From a bacterium (GTDB lineage: Bacteria > Hinthialibacterota > Hinthialibacteria > Hinthialibacterales > Hinthialibacteraceae): a stretch of 64,000 bases of DNA. Of the stretch, positions 62,057 to 64,000 are shown one piece after another. Position numbers and translations under genes: made by a program. Every line of letters begins with the position of its first letter. Positions within the stretch are counted from its first letter, which is position 1. Location of the stretch: assembly GCA_963662285.2 (NCBI GenBank), contig CAXXMV010000008.1:1216001-1280000 (forward strand), in the 5' to 3' direction. The notes under the pieces were generated by a model. The model was given only the letters and a program-made list of their open reading frames with translations, searched no databases and was not told the origin of the DNA.

Positions 62057-63364
62057 ATGATACTGAATGTGACGCCCCAATATCCACCGGAGATCGGCGG
62101 CATGCAGGTTTTTGGCTATGAATTAGCAAAACGACTTCAATTGAACGGAATATGTTACAGAACATTGACAACCAGACCCGTAACTGAGAAAAAAGCGCAA
62201 GAAGCGTACAAATTCGACGAAAACCATCCCATAAAAGTTGATCGAGCCTTGCCGCCTGATAATTTTTTCAAGCGCCTTCATTTTCTTCGCGATTACGCTT
62301 CATGCCATGATACCGATGCGGTTTATTCATCCCAAATCGCATACACCCCCGCGTTCGATGATATTGCTCCAGTAATCTGCCGTAGCGCTGGAAACGATAT
62401 ACTGCGAGCTTGGGAAGGTCCATGTGATTTGTCGAATGGCTCTATGGATCATTTATCCATGGAAAAACAACGAGTGATGAGGAGAAAAAATCGGGCATGG
62501 GCACTATATGCAAGCCGCAAATGCCGGGCGATCTTGTGCAACAGCGAATGGACTAAGAGCCAACTGCACCAGAAAGGTTTCGATAACCTTCACGTAGTAA
62601 AAGGCGGCGTTGATATAAATACTTTTCGTCCTCTCGTTCCGTATTTTCGTTATATCCATATCTATGAATCGAAAGAATTGACACTATTTATTGCAGCCCG
62701 GCATGTTCTTAAAAAAGGAATCGATACCGCAATCGAGGCTATCGCCAAAATCAATAATCCCAGTTTGCATCTATACATTGCTGGAATCGGACCTGAAACC
62801 AGGAATTTAATCTCTATGAGCCACGAGTTGGAAGTGGACCGGCAAGTTACTTTTATCGGACCATTAAGTCACGAAGAAACCGCTCAATGGATGGCGTGGT
62901 CTCATATAATATTAATGCCCAGCCGTAATGTTTACGATCCGCGCAAGCGCGCTATGGATTATGAGACCATGGGGCGGACAATCTGCGAAGCCTCCGCATG
63001 CGGTGTACCAGTGATCGCATCGAACTGTGGGGGTATCCCGGAAATGGTTAAGGATGGTGAAACCGGAATTCTTGTACGGCCAAACGATCCGGACCAATTG
63101 GCGGAAATGATAATCCATCTTTCAGAACGGCGCGAGCTGATTGAGCGAATGGGGTCGGCAGGGCGCGAATACGCCGTCAATGAATTATCGTTCGATATTG
63201 TATACGCCAAAGTAATGCATTTCATTAACGAAGTGACAAACGCAAGAAAAGAAAACATGGGGCAAGGGGACGCCTTATCCCCATGCCCGCAAAGTCCGGA
63301 AGCGAGTTTGGCGGCGAATCAATCAATACCGGTCTTTACGAAACCAGATTCCCCAAGCGATTAA
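62057..63364 (+). CDS. GT4 glycosyltransferase
   Basis: YPPEIGGMQ, ARHVLKKGID, ETMG..ICEASACGVPVIAS..GGIPE. Confidence 0.85.
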   Translation: MILNVTPQYPPEIGGMQVFGYELAKRLQLNGICYRTLTTRPVTEKKAQEAYKFDENHPIKVDRALPPDNFFKRLHFLRDYASCHDTDAVYSSQIAYTPAFDDIAPVICRSAGNDILRAWEGPCDLSNGSMDHLSMEKQRVMRRKNRAWALYASRKCRAILCNSEWTKSQLHQKGFDNLHVVKGGVDINTFRPLVPYFRYIHIYESKELTLFIAARHVLKKGIDTAIEAIAKINNPSLHLYIAGIGPETRNLISMSHELEVDRQVTFIGPLSHEETAQWMAWSHIILMPSRNVYDPRKRAMDYETMGRTICEASACGVPVIASNCGGIPEMVKDGETGILVRPNDPDQLAEMIIHLSERRELIERMGSAGREYAVNELSFDIVYAKVMHFINEVTNARKENMGQGDALSPCPQSPEASLAANQSIPVFTKPDSPSD

Positions 63365-63407
63365 TGCCATCAGCAGAAATCCCAGGGGATGGATGCATAC
63401 CCACCGT

Positions 63408-63854
63408 TCAAAAACCAGGAATATATCCTGGATCGGCATGATTGGTTCGGGTGTTGGATGCATAATTCGAGTCTCCTTTCCGATCTTCGATGTATTCCGC
63501 CTTCGTTACCGGGGCCTGATTCTGGGGTTGAGTACTGCCAAGGCGCAGGAGTTGGAACTCGCGCAAATCGGCTACTATTTCGGTGACATAGCGCGTCTCG
63601 CCGTTCTTATCATAAGAACTGGTGATTACGCGCCCGCGAAATTCCACCGGTTTGCCCTTGCCTTCTCTTACTAGGAGAGCACGAAGTTTTTCCGGTGCGC
63701 GAAAAAGCACGCAAGGGATGAACTCCACTTTGGCTTGCTTGGCTTCACTGTCGTAGCCAGATTGACAGGCCACGGTAAACTTGAGCGTTTCCTGCTCTTT
63801 TCCAAACGTGACGGCGTTCTTAGCCAGCCGTCCAGATATCACTGCTGTATTCAC
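63408..63854 (-). CDS. ssb: Single-stranded DNA-binding protein
   Basis: MNTAVISGRL, FTVA, EFIPCVLF, KGKPV..GR..TSSY..GETRYVTEIVA; GAGG RBS. Confidence 0.85.
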   Translation of the reverse strand: MNTAVISGRLAKNAVTFGKEQETLKFTVACQSGYDSEAKQAKVEFIPCVLFRAPEKLRALLVREGKGKPVEFRGRVITSSYDKNGETRYVTEIVADLREFQLLRLGSTQPQNQAPVTKAEYIEDRKGDSNYASNTRTNHADPGYIPGF

Positions 63855-64000
63855 TTCTTACACCTCGGTTTGTTGATCCGCTTCCGCCGCCTCCTGACCG
63901 ATGTCTCTTCGAGACACCTTTAATAACAACATGCTTCTATATTTATTTTTCGGTTCTTCAACATAGAGATAGGAAAGGTCGGGTGTTCGATTTCAAATAC

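Noticed and set aside
1-64000. tRNA, rRNA or tmRNA as integration target
   Set aside because: No cloverleaf with T-loop/CCA or rRNA-like sequence found by eye; tRNAscan-SE or Aragorn would confirm

Overview
Bacterial accessory-genome mosaic with no rRNA, tRNA or CRISPR array seen. All family assignments are by motif recognition only; no database search was run. (1) 1-1.7 kb: 5' end of a type-1-like BREX operon (brxA-brxB-brxC), preceded by a small HTH gene broken at an A8 run and a 3x10-bp repeat. (2) 2.2-15 kb is the best candidate for an undescribed system: a sigma54 enhancer-binding protein whose sensor looks like a degenerate DHH phosphoesterase. It lies between two sigma54 -24/-12 promoters, each with a pair of TCA-N5-TGA-type boxes 20 bp apart. 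One promoter faces an operon of a DUF4258/RelE-like protein, a HIRAN-ARPP-1 fusion, a lipoprotein and a hypothetical; the other faces an AddAB-like helicase-nuclease pair. (3) 15-28 kb: MGE-type and cargo genes (ArdC-like, HAD/cupin, two secreted glycan-enzyme-like proteins, a recD2 fragment, HU, GP88-like plus DUF5131). (4) 28.2-57.4 kb: a segment bounded by a 23-bp direct repeat with a tyrosine integrase at its left end. It carries a complete 2.7-kb two-ORF IS (27-bp IRs, 8-bp TSD), manC, cbpAM, a double-DUF3494 ice-binding protein frameshifted by a 13-bp duplication, a two-component system with phased GTAAA boxes, small stress proteins and a GT4/GT4/GH130/GH130 operon. (5) 57.4-64 kb: a serine recombinase/AbrB/DUF3987/SSB element. 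Many genes are disrupted, by real decay or assembly error.
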